64,000 bases of DNA from an uncultured Eubacteriales bacterium (GCA_902797145.1 CADBRR010000002.1:5203-69202), one strand, 5' to 3'. Positions 29,440-39,676 are shown, counted from the first letter of the stretch. The notes: a model not told the origin generated them from the letters alone. Numbers and translations are program-made.

Positions 29440-29539
29440 ATTTAAACTCCTGTTACAATCTGCACATATATTTACTATTATAACATTTATTACGGGAATA
29501 TGCAAAAAATAATATATAAATATTTAAACATTTAAATTA

Positions 29540-29567
29540 TTGATAAAATTTGATATTTTGTTATAAT
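29540..29567 (+). promoter_or_regulatory. Candidate sigma-A promoter with extended -10
   Basis: TTGATA - 16 nt - TATAAT, preceded by TGt (TGtTATAAT). Confidence 0.55.
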
Positions 29568-29604
29568 GAAATATAGCGATAAATTAAGATAAGGCGGAAA
29601 TAAG

Positions 29605-31365
29605 ATGGAACATATTAATAAAAAGAAAAAACCACTGATTTTGCGATTTATTTCGTACTATAAACCACATATATGGTGGTTCATATTAGACCTCGTATGT
29701 GCGTTTATAGTGGCATTGATAGATGTAACTTATCCACTTGTTTCAAGATATCTTTTACAGACACTTTTGCCACAGGGTGATGCTATAGCGCATACATTCT
29801 TTTTAATAGTAGGTGTACTACTTTGCGCATATGTAACAAGGTCAGCTCTTATGTATATCGTAACATATCGTGGCCACGTGCTTGGTGTGAAAATGGAAGT
29901 TGATATGCGTCATGAATTGTTTGAACATTTGCAGAAACTTTCGTTTTCGTTCTATGATAAATCAAGGACCGGTGTCCTTATGTCAAGATGTACGCACGAC
30001 TTGTTTGAAATAACGGAGCTTGCGCATCATGGTCCTGAGGATCTGTTTATATCAATAGTAACACTTATCGGCGCATCAATTTCAATGTTTACTATTAAGT
30101 GGCAGCTTGCGCTCGTGCTGATTGCAGCAATACCGATTATGATAACATTCGTTATTATTTTGAGAAAAAGATTGGGCAGGGCATCAAGGAAACAAAAGGA
30201 AACGGTTGGCATCATAAATGCAAGCATTGAATCTGCAATTTCAGGCGCAAGGGTTGCAAAGGCTTTTGTAAATGAAGAATATGAAGTAAATAAATTCGAT
30301 ACAAATAACAAAGCATATGTAAATGCAAAAACTGAATATTATAAGACAATGGGTACGTTTACAGGCGGTATGGAATTTTTCACAACCATATTGCAGGTTA
30401 TAATAATTGCAGTTGGCGGTTATATGTTTATGATAGGCGATATTGATGCAGTAACATTATTTACATTCTCTTTGTATGTTTCATCGTTTACATCGCCTAT
30501 AAAGAAGCTTGCAGCGTTTGCTGAAATGCTCACAAATGGTATGACAGGCTTTGCAAGGTTTACTGAAATTGTAGATATTGAACCTGAAATTCAGGATAAG
30601 CAAAATGCAATTAAACTTGGCAGAGTTAAGGGTGATATCGAATTTAAAAATGTAACGTTTGCATATAATGATAGCAATAATGTGCTTGAAAATATAAGCT
30701 TTTCTGTTCAAAATGGAAAGAAAGTTGCACTTGTCGGTCATTCGGGTGGTGGCAAGACGACAATTTGCCATTTGCTTCCGAGATTTTACGAGGTAAACGA
30801 TGGTGAAATTACTGTTGATGGAAATAATATAAACGATGTTACAATGAAATCGTTGAGAACAAATATCGGAATAGTGCAGCAGGATGTTTTCCTTTTTGCC
30901 GATACTGTTAAGGAAAATATAAGATATGGTAGACCAGAGGCTACTGATGAAGAAATAATTGAAGCAGCAAAGCTTGCAGAGATTCATGATGATATAATGA
31001 ATATGCCTAATGGCTATGATACGCTCGTAGGAGAAAGAGGAATTATGCTTTCAGGTGGTCAGAAGCAGAGAATATCAATAGCAAGGATTTTCTTGAAGAA
31101 TCCGCCAATATTGATACTTGACGAGGCGACAAGCGCACTTGACAGCGCAACCGAAGCGAAGATAACGCAGGCGTTTGATAAATTGTCAACGGGCAGAACA
31201 ACGCTTGTAATTGCGCATAGGCTTTCAACTGTTAGGAATGCGGACAACATAATTGTAGTCGATAAAAAGCATATAATAGAGCAGGGAACGCATGAACAGC
31301 TTTTGAATGCAGACGGCGAATATGCACAGCTTTGCAAGGCACAAAATAGCTTTGAACAATATTAA
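29605..31365 (+). CDS. ABC exporter, fused permease/ATPase (type I, MsbA-like)
   Basis: 586 aa with 6 TM helices. Walker A (GHSGGGKTT), signature (LSGGQKQR), Walker B (ILILDEATSALD). Confidence 0.9.
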   Translation: MEHINKKKKPLILRFISYYKPHIWWFILDLVCAFIVALIDVTYPLVSRYLLQTLLPQGDAIAHTFFLIVGVLLCAYVTRSALMYIVTYRGHVLGVKMEVDMRHELFEHLQKLSFSFYDKSRTGVLMSRCTHDLFEITELAHHGPEDLFISIVTLIGASISMFTIKWQLALVLIAAIPIMITFVIILRKRLGRASRKQKETVGIINASIESAISGARVAKAFVNEEYEVNKFDTNNKAYVNAKTEYYKTMGTFTGGMEFFTTILQVIIIAVGGYMFMIGDIDAVTLFTFSLYVSSFTSPIKKLAAFAEMLTNGMTGFARFTEIVDIEPEIQDKQNAIKLGRVKGDIEFKNVTFAYNDSNNVLENISFSVQNGKKVALVGHSGGGKTTICHLLPRFYEVNDGEITVDGNNINDVTMKSLRTNIGIVQQDVFLFADTVKENIRYGRPEATDEEIIEAAKLAEIHDDIMNMPNGYDTLVGERGIMLSGGQKQRISIARIFLKNPPILILDEATSALDSATEAKITQAFDKLSTGRTTLVIAHRLSTVRNADNIIVVDKKHIIEQGTHEQLLNADGEYAQLCKAQNSFEQY

Positions 31366-31383
31366 ATAATGGAGAATATAAAA

Positions 31384-33051
31384 ATGAGATTGACTATTGA
31401 CGGAATTATAACTAAGACTGAATATGGTGCTACTATATATGATGTTTTGCGTTCGCTTTCACTTGATAGTTTAGATATATCTAAAAGACCGCTTGGCGCT
31501 ATGATAAATGGCGAAGTGTTCAGCCTCAGATATAAGCCATATCGCTCAACAGATATAAAGCTTTTAAGATATGGCGATGATGAGGGCAGGAGAATTTATG
31601 AGCGTTCAATGCTGTTTGTAGTTCTAACTGCACTTAAAAAACTGTATCCTAATGATAAAGCGATAGTTCGTTATTCACTTGGCGGAGGTTTGTATTTAAC
31701 GCTTGATATGCCTGTAAATGAGGATATAATAAATAAAATCAAGTATGAATGCGACAATATTATTTCAAATGATATTCCGTTTATCAGGCGCAGAATGAGG
31801 AAATCAGATGCAATATCGTATTTTGAACAAATCGGAGAAAAAGACAAAGTCGAGCTTCTCAGATGGCGCAAGATAGATTATTTTGATGTTTATAGGATAG
31901 GCGAATATGGTTATGAAGACTATTTTTATGGCGAACTTGTGCCGAGTACAGGTTATTTAAGCATATACTCGCTTCAGCTTATAAATGAGGAACAGGGTGC
32001 GTTTATAATTCTGCTTCCCGATTATAATGAACCGACAAAGACTTTAAACTATGAGCTTGAACCACAATTTGCAAGGGTTCTTTACGAAAGTGAATTGTGG
32101 GGAAACCTTATGAACTGTTCCGATATTTCACAGTTGAATGAGCATATTAAAAACGGAACGATAAAGGAGCTTATTCGTGTAAACGAAGCACTTCATGAAA
32201 AAACATATGCGTTTGCTGCCGACGAAATAGTAAAACGCAACGCAAAAGCGATTATGATTTCAGGTCCGTCGTCATCTGGTAAAACAACGTCTGCGAACAG
32301 AATAGCAACGCAGCTTCGAGTTCTTGGCAAAAATCCTATAATGATATCGCTTGATAATTACTACCTTGATAGGGATGCGATTCCCGCAAATGAGTATGGT
32401 GAAAAGGATTTTGAAAATATAAATGCGCTCGATGTTGATAGGTTTAATTCGGATCTTGCATCGCTTTTGAAAGGCAAAAAAACTAAAGTCCCGATTTTTA
32501 ATTTCAAAACGGGAAAAAGAGATGAAAAGTTTATGGAATTTGAACTTGACGATAACCAGCCTATTATCATTGAGGGCATACATGGCTTGAATCCTATGCT
32601 TATATCGGATGATATTGACGAAAGCAAGATTATGAAAATCTATGTTAGTGCGCTGACAACAATGAACATAGATGACCATAACAGAATTAAAACGACCGAT
32701 ATAAGGCTTTTGAGGCGACTTGTAAGGGATTATAGAACGAGGAATGCTTCAATGGACGTTACGCTTTCTATGTGGAAAACTGTTGTTAATGGCGAAAAAA
32801 CATGGATTTTTCCATATCAGGAGTGCGCAGATTTATTCTTGAACACAACGCTTGTTTATGAAATAGCTGTACTTAAAAAATATGTGTATCCATTGCTTAA
32901 AGAAGTTGTTCCGGAAAGTCCTAATTATATGGCTGCAAGGAATCTTGTAAAATTCCTGAATTATTTTGAAGATGTCAACGACGAAAGCGATATTCCGCCA
33001 ACATCAATAATAAAGGAATTTATCGGTGGTAATACATTCTATAATGATTAA
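31384..33051 (+). CDS. Uridine kinase/PRK-family nucleoside kinase with a ThrRS-N-terminal-like (TGS plus following) domain
   Basis: P-loop ISGPSSSGKTT in the C-terminal half. The N-terminal ~110 aa follow the ThrRS N-terminal pattern (INGEVFSL...DDEGRRIYERSMLFVVLTALKKLYP...GGGLYLTLD). The start is set at ATG 31384 (GGAGA RBS); ATG 31369 is also possible. Confidence 0.7.
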   Translation: MRLTIDGIITKTEYGATIYDVLRSLSLDSLDISKRPLGAMINGEVFSLRYKPYRSTDIKLLRYGDDEGRRIYERSMLFVVLTALKKLYPNDKAIVRYSLGGGLYLTLDMPVNEDIINKIKYECDNIISNDIPFIRRRMRKSDAISYFEQIGEKDKVELLRWRKIDYFDVYRIGEYGYEDYFYGELVPSTGYLSIYSLQLINEEQGAFIILLPDYNEPTKTLNYELEPQFARVLYESELWGNLMNCSDISQLNEHIKNGTIKELIRVNEALHEKTYAFAADEIVKRNAKAIMISGPSSSGKTTSANRIATQLRVLGKNPIMISLDNYYLDRDAIPANEYGEKDFENINALDVDRFNSDLASLLKGKKTKVPIFNFKTGKRDEKFMEFELDDNQPIIIEGIHGLNPMLISDDIDESKIMKIYVSALTTMNIDDHNRIKTTDIRLLRRLVRDYRTRNASMDVTLSMWKTVVNGEKTWIFPYQECADLFLNTTLVYEIAVLKKYVYPLLKEVVPESPNYMAARNLVKFLNYFEDVNDESDIPPTSIIKEFIGGNTFYND

Positions 33052-33057
33052 AAATTA

Positions 33058-33094
33058 CAGCTTATCTCCTGAAATTAGGGGATAAGCTGTTTTT
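33058..33094. terminator. Bidirectional intrinsic terminator
   Basis: cagcttatctcc-tgaaatta-ggggataagctg forms a 12-bp stem with one G-U pair, followed by TTTTT; an A-run lies upstream. Confidence 0.7.
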
Positions 33095-33096
33095 AG

Positions 33097-35370
33097 TTAT
33101 TCAGTAGCTTTGAGTGCTTCAACCATATCTATTTTCTTGTTCTTTTTAGATATTATTAAGCTTACAAATAGCGATACGCCGACTGTTAAAACTATACTGA
33201 TTATGTACGTTGTAATAGTTACGCAGGAAACCATTTCATATTCAGATGCAAGTGCGCCGATTAGATAATCAAGTACCCATAAACCAAGCGGAATACCAAC
33301 TATAATACCTGCAAATGCGAGATAGAGGTTTTCCATTATGAGCAAACCGCCTATTTTTTTATCCCTGAATCCAACAACCTTTAATGTTGCAAGCTCACGA
33401 TAACGCTCAATGTAGTTCATAATTCCAAGATTGTATAGGACTACAACGCCGAGAATTATCGCTGCAATCACGAGCAGGAATACCATTGTTGTCATAAGCT
33501 CCATGAATACATCAAACGAATCTATTATAGCCTGTTTTGTCTGCGTATTAGCTATGTTTTCATCTGACTTAATATCGGTATCATTCGTATATACAACGAT
33601 GATTTTATAGTCAATACCGAGCTTTTTTGCATATGATTCTGACATAACAACACTTTCGGTCATAGAACGTGATATACCTGCAATTTTTACTGTATACTCT
33701 TCATCGCTTCCATACGGAGAAAATGTGAATAAATCGTTTTGCTTAATACCGTTGTCGTCAGCAATTCGCTTTGAAATATATGCTTCATTGTCATTTAATG
33801 TTACAAAGCCCATATCTTCACCGATAATTCTAACCCTGTCATGTTCGATGTTATATATTTCAAGCGAAACAGGATCGCCTGCAATATCTATGCTTACAGT
33901 CGAAGAATAATCACCGTTATATTGTTTAGCGATTTCAAGTGCCTGTTCGTTCGTTGCTTGCTCGGAAATATTTATCCTCGTCTGATAATTAATTGCCTTG
34001 TTATAGAAAACATCGACAAAATAGTTCATTGTGTCCTGCATTCCAAGTCCGCCAACTATAAGAATGGCGCAACCGATAATTCCGAACAAAGTCATACCGG
34101 TTCTTGCCTTGTGCCTTATTATGTCACGCATATTCCACTTTGTACCGAATCCTAACCTGTTCCATAATTTCGTTCTTTCAAGCAAAATACGCTTCATTTT
34201 TGACGGAACATATGGCCTTAAAGCTTCTGCTGCTGTACCATGGAGCATTTTCTTGACCGAAAGGAAGCCAATAAACGTTAAGAACAAGTTTACAAGCACA
34301 ATAACTATAATGCAGAATGAAGGCATATATAAATTCCATGTTGGCATATCAATGTATGTTCCCATAGCACCGTATGGATTCATAATATAATATGCAAGTC
34401 CATAACCTATTCCTATTCCTAAAATAGTTCCTATAATGCCTATTGAAAACGCATAAGAAGAATAATGAACGAGTATTTTTCTATCCCTGAAGCCAAGCGA
34501 TTTAAGCGTTCCTATCTGCGTCTTTTCGTTTGATGTTATCCTGTGCATCGTAGTTACCATAGTAAGTACAGCAATAGCAATAAAGAGAACGGGGAGTATT
34601 GAACCCATTGTTTTGCCTTCGTTCACTTCGCCCATTGCCTCAGAATACGATACAGTATCGTCCTTTGAAAGTACAAGCGTTGTTTTTGATAATGCTTTGT
34701 CCGCAGCTTTTGAGAAATCTTCTTTGTCCATATCGGATAAAACATTTATCTGCGTGTAAAACTCCATTCCCATAGCTTCCTTGAACGCTTCGGGCGATAT
34801 GTATGCAAATCCGTACGAATTATAATCGGGCATTAGAAGCGTGGGGTCGGGGAGACAGATAAGGTACTCAGAAGATTTTATAAGCCCAGCAACCGATGCT
34901 TGAAACTCGATGTTTTTGTATGTGAGGGTTATCTTGTCGCCAACTTTTATATTGTTCTTTTCTGCATATTGATCTGAAAGCCATATTTCGTCCTTCGAGT
35001 CATTGTCATATTCTTTGCCTTCGCCTATGAGCATAAAGCCTGAAACAGAAATATTTTCGCTTACAGTAAGCGCAATAACATCTGTATCATCTTTAACTGT
35101 TGTATTTATAGATATATACCTTGTCGCATCTTTAACGCCTGAAATAGCCATTATTGAGTCAAAATCCTCTTTTGAAAATCCATTTTCTGATACAAGCCTG
35201 AAATCAGCAAATCCTGTTTTTTCAAAGACATAGTCAGTATTTTCTTCAATACTTACCCATTCCATATTGAAGCCTACAAATACGCCTATTCCGAGCGCAA
35301 TCATTATTATCATTGAGATAAATTGTGATTTATATCTCAATGCTGTTCTTAAAAGTTTCTTTTTAAGCAT
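33097..35370 (-). CDS. FtsX/MacB-type ABC transporter permease (two FtsX domains, large external domains)
   Basis: 757 aa. Duplicated 4-TM FtsX modules (GTLKSLGFRDRKI / ATLKVVGFRDKKI). Confidence 0.85.
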   Translation of the reverse strand: MLKKKLLRTALRYKSQFISMIIMIALGIGVFVGFNMEWVSIEENTDYVFEKTGFADFRLVSENGFSKEDFDSIMAISGVKDATRYISINTTVKDDTDVIALTVSENISVSGFMLIGEGKEYDNDSKDEIWLSDQYAEKNNIKVGDKITLTYKNIEFQASVAGLIKSSEYLICLPDPTLLMPDYNSYGFAYISPEAFKEAMGMEFYTQINVLSDMDKEDFSKAADKALSKTTLVLSKDDTVSYSEAMGEVNEGKTMGSILPVLFIAIAVLTMVTTMHRITSNEKTQIGTLKSLGFRDRKILVHYSSYAFSIGIIGTILGIGIGYGLAYYIMNPYGAMGTYIDMPTWNLYMPSFCIIVIVLVNLFLTFIGFLSVKKMLHGTAAEALRPYVPSKMKRILLERTKLWNRLGFGTKWNMRDIIRHKARTGMTLFGIIGCAILIVGGLGMQDTMNYFVDVFYNKAINYQTRINISEQATNEQALEIAKQYNGDYSSTVSIDIAGDPVSLEIYNIEHDRVRIIGEDMGFVTLNDNEAYISKRIADDNGIKQNDLFTFSPYGSDEEYTVKIAGISRSMTESVVMSESYAKKLGIDYKIIVVYTNDTDIKSDENIANTQTKQAIIDSFDVFMELMTTMVFLLVIAAIILGVVVLYNLGIMNYIERYRELATLKVVGFRDKKIGGLLIMENLYLAFAGIIVGIPLGLWVLDYLIGALASEYEMVSCVTITTYIISIVLTVGVSLFVSLIISKKNKKIDMVEALKATE

Positions 35371-35376
35371 ATTCTT

Positions 35377-36078
35377 TTACCAATCTATTTCGTCAACGCT
35401 GAGAGGTTCAGCTTGCTTTTCTATTGATTGAATCTTGCCGTTTTTAACACGAACAACAACATCTGCCATTTTTGATATGTTTTGATTGTGGGTAACTATT
35501 ATTATAGTTTTCCCATAATCTTTTGCCATTTTTTGCAATAGCCTCAATATTACTATTCCTGTCTGTGAATCGAGTGCGCCAGTAGGTTCATCACACAATA
35601 ATATTTCCGGGTTCTTCGCAAGCGCCCTTGCAATAGAAACTCTCTGCTGTTCGCCACCTGAAAGCTCGGACGGGAAATTTTTCATATGGTCCTTAAGTCC
35701 TACTTGTTCTAACATTTCTTCGGAAGATAACGCATTGTCAACTATATCCGAAACAAGTTCAACATTCTCGTATACTGTGAGTGTAGGTATGAGGTTATAT
35801 GATTGAAATACAAATCCGACAGTTTTTGCTCGATAATCTGCAAGCTCATCGTTTGAAAGCTTCGATATATCTTTGCCATTGATTATAATAGTTCCGCTTG
35901 TCGGGATGTCAAGTCCGCCTATCATATTTAAAAGCGTGCTTTTGCCAGCGCCCGATGGACCAAGGACAACTATAAATTTACCATTCTCAAGCTCGAAATC
36001 TACATTGTCGAGTGCCTTTAATGTATGATCACCGCTTGTATATATTTTACTAACATTTTTAAATTCTGCTATATTCAT
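35377..36078 (-). CDS. ABC transporter ATP-binding protein (MacB/LolD type)
   Basis: 233 aa. Walker A (GPSGAGKST), signature (LSGGEQQR), Walker B ([12 protein letters not shown]). Confidence 0.9.
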   Translation of the reverse strand: MNIAEFKNVSKIYTSGDHTLKALDNVDFELENGKFIVVLGPSGAGKSTLLNMIGGLDIPTSGTIIINGKDISKLSNDELADYRAKTVGFVFQSYNLIPTLTVYENVELVSDIVDNALSSEEMLEQVGLKDHMKNFPSELSGGEQQRVSIARALAKNPEILLCDEPTGALDSQTGIVILRLLQKMAKDYGKTIIIVTHNQNISKMADVVVRVKNGKIQSIEKQAEPLSVDEIDW

Positions 36079-36446
36079 TTTGCTTCACTAACACTTTCTA
36101 TCATTTCTTGTGGGATTTCAGATATAAGATTTGCAAGCGCATTGTATTTGTTTACTGATTCGGGCAAAAGCTCTCCAAGCTGATTTATTGCTAAATCAAA
36201 AAATTTTCCATATGCTTTAGCAGCGTTTTTGCCTTGTTCTGTTAAATATATTGCGCCATATCTGTCTTTGCTTATATAATTTATAAGCTTTAATGTCTTT
36301 GTCATTGCGTGAACGCTCGGCTTTGATACATTAAGCGCATCTGCAATATCAGTTACTCGTATTGCATCTTTGTCAATGCTTAAATCACGCATCGCAAGCA
36401 AATATCTTATTATTGATGATGTTATTGCATAATTTGGGTTAGCCAT
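36075..36446 (-). CDS. DtxR-family (iron-dependent-repressor N-terminal fold) HTH transcriptional regulator, short form
   Basis: 123 aa. YLLAMRDLS...[48 protein letters not shown] matches the DtxR/MntR N-terminal HTH pattern. Its stop overlaps the ABC ATPase start (ATGA). Confidence 0.65.
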   Translation of the reverse strand: MANPNYAITSSIIRYLLAMRDLSIDKDAIRVTDIADALNVSKPSVHAMTKTLKLINYISKDRYGAIYLTEQGKNAAKAYGKFFDLAINQLGELLPESVNKYNALANLISEIPQEMIESVSEAK

Positions 36447-36460
36447 CGCTTACCTCCTTG

Positions 36461-36490
36461 TAAAATATAAGGGAGGCGTATATGCCTCCC
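36461..36490 (-). terminator. Probable terminator of the feo operon
   Basis: gggaggc-(6 nt)-gcctccc is a perfect 7-bp GC-rich stem, followed on the minus strand by ttatatttta. Confidence 0.55.
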
Positions 36491-36501
36491 GTGAGTAGAT
36501 T

Positions 36502-36687
36502 TTATTGCTTTTTCGGGTCGTGCGAGTGACACATGCCTGCGTTAGCACAGTGGGCACAATTTGAACCGCAGGTCGAACGACCCTGCTTTTTATCTTTGAC
36601 GATTGATTTTACAATCAACGCAATGACAGCTATAACTGCAATTAGAGCAATTATTGTACCGATATTCTCCTTTAACCATGTAATCAT
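36502..36687 (-). CDS. FeoB-associated Cys-rich small membrane protein
   Basis: 61 aa from ATG 36687 (GGGAGG RBS). One TM helix, then a Cys-rich tail CGSNCAHCANAGMCH. Lies immediately downstream of feoB. Confidence 0.7.
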   Translation of the reverse strand: MITWLKENIGTIIALIAVIAVIALIVKSIVKDKKQGRSTCGSNCAHCANAGMCHSHDPKKQ

Positions 36688-36717
36688 TTTATCGCCTCCC
36701 AACGAAACAATATTTTA

Positions 36718-39273
36718 TTATTTCTTTTCAACGTATGTTGTAGCTTCGTGATACTTCTTGAAGAACAACATATAAACGCAAAGAACGATTGCCAAGATTG
36801 CGATAACCAAGCCGATGATGTTAGCAACGCTGAATGTGAAAGCTCCTGTGAAGATGTTTCCAAACTGGTTGATAACAGCAGCAACGAGATATGCAAATCC
36901 GCACTGATAACCGATTGCGAACCAAGTCCACTTACGGTTGTTCATTTCACGCTTGATAGCACCAATTGCTGCAAAGCAAGGAGCGCAGAGGAGGTTGAAT
37001 ACGAGGAATGAGTAACCGCTTACCTTTGTGAATATTGAAGCGATAGTTGCCCAGTCGCCATAGAGGATACCCATTGTACCAACTATGTTTTCCTTTGCAA
37101 CAAGACCTGTGATTGATGCAACAGCAGCCTGCCAGTTGCCCCAGCCAAGAGGTGCGAATATCCAAGCGATAGCATTACCGATTGTAGCAAGAATGCTGTG
37201 TGAAATTTCTTCTTCTTCGAGCATTCTGAATGTTCCATCAACTGTTCCAAAGAATGAGAGGAACCATACAACGATTGTTGACAAGAGGATGATTGTTCCG
37301 GCTTTCTTTATGAATGACCAGCCACGTTCCCACATTGAACGGAGAAGGTCTGAAATTCTCGGCCAATGGTAAGCAGGAAGTTCCATTACGAACGGAGCAG
37401 GATCGCCTGCGAACATCTTTGTCTTCTTAAGGATGATACCTGAGATGATAATAGCTGCCATACCAACAAAGTATGCTGATGTTGAAATCCAAGGTGAGTT
37501 GTTGAAAATAGCACCTGAAATCATAGCGATGAACGGAAGCTTAGCACCGCAGGGGATAAATGTTGTTGTCATGATAGTCATACGACGGTCACGTTCATTT
37601 TCGATTGTTCTTGAAGCCATAATGCCGGGGATACCACAGCCTGTACCGATAAGAATCGGGATAAATGACTTACCTGAAAGACCAAACTTACGGAAAATTC
37701 TGTCAAGTACGAATGCGATACGTGCCATATAACCGCATGATTCGAGGAATGCAAGCAAGAGGAACAATACGAGCATCTGAGGAACAAAGCCCAATACTGC
37801 GCCAACACCTGCTACGATACCGTCAAGAATCAAGCCCTGGAGCCAATCAGCACAGTTGATGCTTGTGAGCAAGTTTTCAACGAGTACGGGGACACCGTTT
37901 ACCCATGTGCCATAATCTGCTGGGTCAGGTTCTGCATATTCATATTTTGCTACAGCGCCGATTGCATCTTCAAGATCTGCTCTCTTTGCTGTCATATCTT
38001 CTTCTTCAAGAGTTTCTTCGTCCTGAACTGTGTAGTCAACTGATGCATCATCAGGAACGAGTGCGAGGAAAGCTTCGAGGTCAGCCTTGATTTCGTCAGC
38101 TTCGATTTCTTCTTCTTCGAGTGCTGCGTAGTCTTCACGAACCTTTGCACCTGCTTCAGCTATTGTGCTGTTAGCTTCAGTTTCAGCTTCTTCTTCGCCT
38201 GCTTCTTCCTCTTCTTCAGGAGCATATTCATCGAGGTAAGCATCGATTATTGCCTGTGCATCGCCAAATTCTCCTGATGCTTCTTCATATTCAGCAGCGC
38301 CGTTTCCGAAAAGATGCCAGCCGTCACCGAACAAACCATCATTTGCCCAGTCTGTTGCCCATGAACCGATAGTTACCATTGAAATATAATAAACGAGGAA
38401 CATTACAACTGCAAATATTGGCAAACCGAGCCAACGGTTAGTAACTACCTTGTCGATTTTATCTGAGTTTGAAAGCTGTCCTGCGCCCTTCTTCTTATAT
38501 GAACCTTTAAGAATCTGAGCGATGTATACATATCTTTCGTTTGTGATGATTGATTCTGAATCATCATCAAGTTCTTTTTCTGCTGCCTGAATATCCTTTT
38601 CGATATGGGCAAGTGTGCTTTCTGAAATCTTGAGCTGTTCAATTATCTTGCTGTCACGCTCGAAAATCTTGATAGCATACCATCTCTGCTGTTCTTCGGG
38701 CATTGAATGAACAGCAGCTTCTTCGATGTGAGCTATTGCGTGTTCAACACAACCTGAGAATGTATGCAGAGGTACTGTCTTTGCGCTCTTTGCAGCCTTG
38801 ATAGCTTCTTCAGCAGCTTCCATAATACCTGTGCCTTTAAGTGCTGAGATTTCAACAACTTTACAGCCGAGTGATTTTGCAAGCTGCTCTGTATCAATCT
38901 TATCACCATTTTTCTTTACGATATCCATCATGTTGATAGCTACAACAACAGGGATACCAAGCTCTGTGAGCTGTGTTGTGAGGTAAAGGTTTCTTTCAAG
39001 GTTAGTACCATCAATTATGTTAAGAATAACATCAGGTCTTTCACCGATAAGGAAATTTCTTGCCACAACTTCTTCAAGCGTGTAGGGAGAAAGTGAATAA
39101 ATACCGGGAAGGTCAACAACCTTTACATCGTCATGCTTCTTGAGCTTACCTTCCTTTTTTTCTACTGTTACACCGGGCCAGTTGCCAACGAACTGGTTTG
39201 AACCGGTCAGGGCATTGAACAATGTGGTTTTACCACAGTTCGGGTTACCCGCAAGGGCGATTCTTAAATCCAT
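36718..39273 (-). CDS. feoB: Ferrous iron transporter FeoB (with an unusually long acidic external loop)
   Basis: 851 aa. N-terminal G-domain (GNPNCGKTTLFNALTG, DLPGIYS, NMMD), then the polytopic gate-motif domain. Confidence 0.9.
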   Translation of the reverse strand: MDLRIALAGNPNCGKTTLFNALTGSNQFVGNWPGVTVEKKEGKLKKHDDVKVVDLPGIYSLSPYTLEEVVARNFLIGERPDVILNIIDGTNLERNLYLTTQLTELGIPVVVAINMMDIVKKNGDKIDTEQLAKSLGCKVVEISALKGTGIMEAAEEAIKAAKSAKTVPLHTFSGCVEHAIAHIEEAAVHSMPEEQQRWYAIKIFERDSKIIEQLKISESTLAHIEKDIQAAEKELDDDSESIITNERYVYIAQILKGSYKKKGAGQLSNSDKIDKVVTNRWLGLPIFAVVMFLVYYISMVTIGSWATDWANDGLFGDGWHLFGNGAAEYEEASGEFGDAQAIIDAYLDEYAPEEEEEAGEEEAETEANSTIAEAGAKVREDYAALEEEEIEADEIKADLEAFLALVPDDASVDYTVQDEETLEEEDMTAKRADLEDAIGAVAKYEYAEPDPADYGTWVNGVPVLVENLLTSINCADWLQGLILDGIVAGVGAVLGFVPQMLVLFLLLAFLESCGYMARIAFVLDRIFRKFGLSGKSFIPILIGTGCGIPGIMASRTIENERDRRMTIMTTTFIPCGAKLPFIAMISGAIFNNSPWISTSAYFVGMAAIIISGIILKKTKMFAGDPAPFVMELPAYHWPRISDLLRSMWERGWSFIKKAGTIILLSTIVVWFLSFFGTVDGTFRMLEEEEISHSILATIGNAIAWIFAPLGWGNWQAAVASITGLVAKENIVGTMGILYGDWATIASIFTKVSGYSFLVFNLLCAPCFAAIGAIKREMNNRKWTWFAIGYQCGFAYLVAAVINQFGNIFTGAFTFSVANIIGLVIAILAIVLCVYMLFFKKYHEATTYVEKK

Positions 39274-39398
39274 AGTATGTTCCTTTCTGCGTATGATTAC
39301 GGATAAATTTAATTGCTATATAAAATCAGTCGTTGCCCTATGCTGACTTTGCGTGTGAACTACGGCTAACCATTATATACAAAAAATAAAGTTAAAAA

Positions 39399-39620
39399 TT
39401 ACTGAACTTCTATCATTTCTGCATCAGCTTTACGAATTGAAAGCTCATAGCCACGAACTGTAACTTCGATAGGATCGCCGAGCGGAGCTACCTTACGAAC
39501 GTAGATATCGGTACCCTTTGTAATACCCATATCCATAATTCGGCGCTTTATAGCACCTTCGCCATGAAGCTTAACTACTTTGGCTGTTTCGCCAATCTTA
39601 ACTTCTCTTAAAGTCTTCAT
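39399..39620 (-). CDS. feoA: FeoA-family protein
   Basis: 73 aa SH3-like FeoA pattern (GETAKVVKLHGEGAIKRRIMDMGITKGTDIYV...APLGDPIEV). Confidence 0.85.
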   Translation of the reverse strand: MKTLREVKIGETAKVVKLHGEGAIKRRIMDMGITKGTDIYVRKVAPLGDPIEVTVRGYELSIRKADAEMIEVQ

Positions 39621-39676
39621 TTAAGTTCCTCCTATTATATAATTAAAATATTTATTACGATGTTAAAAGCAAGTGC

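Noticed and set aside
27820-29505. N-terminally extended ORF-track starts (27820-29505, 41691, 46633, 49174, 60125, 16455, 9754-10305, 40591).
   Set aside because: In each case the extension lacks an RBS or overlaps the upstream gene, and an internal ATG or TTG sits 5-9 nt after a GGAGG-like RBS at the position where the protein family normally begins. Coordinates were adjusted accordingly.
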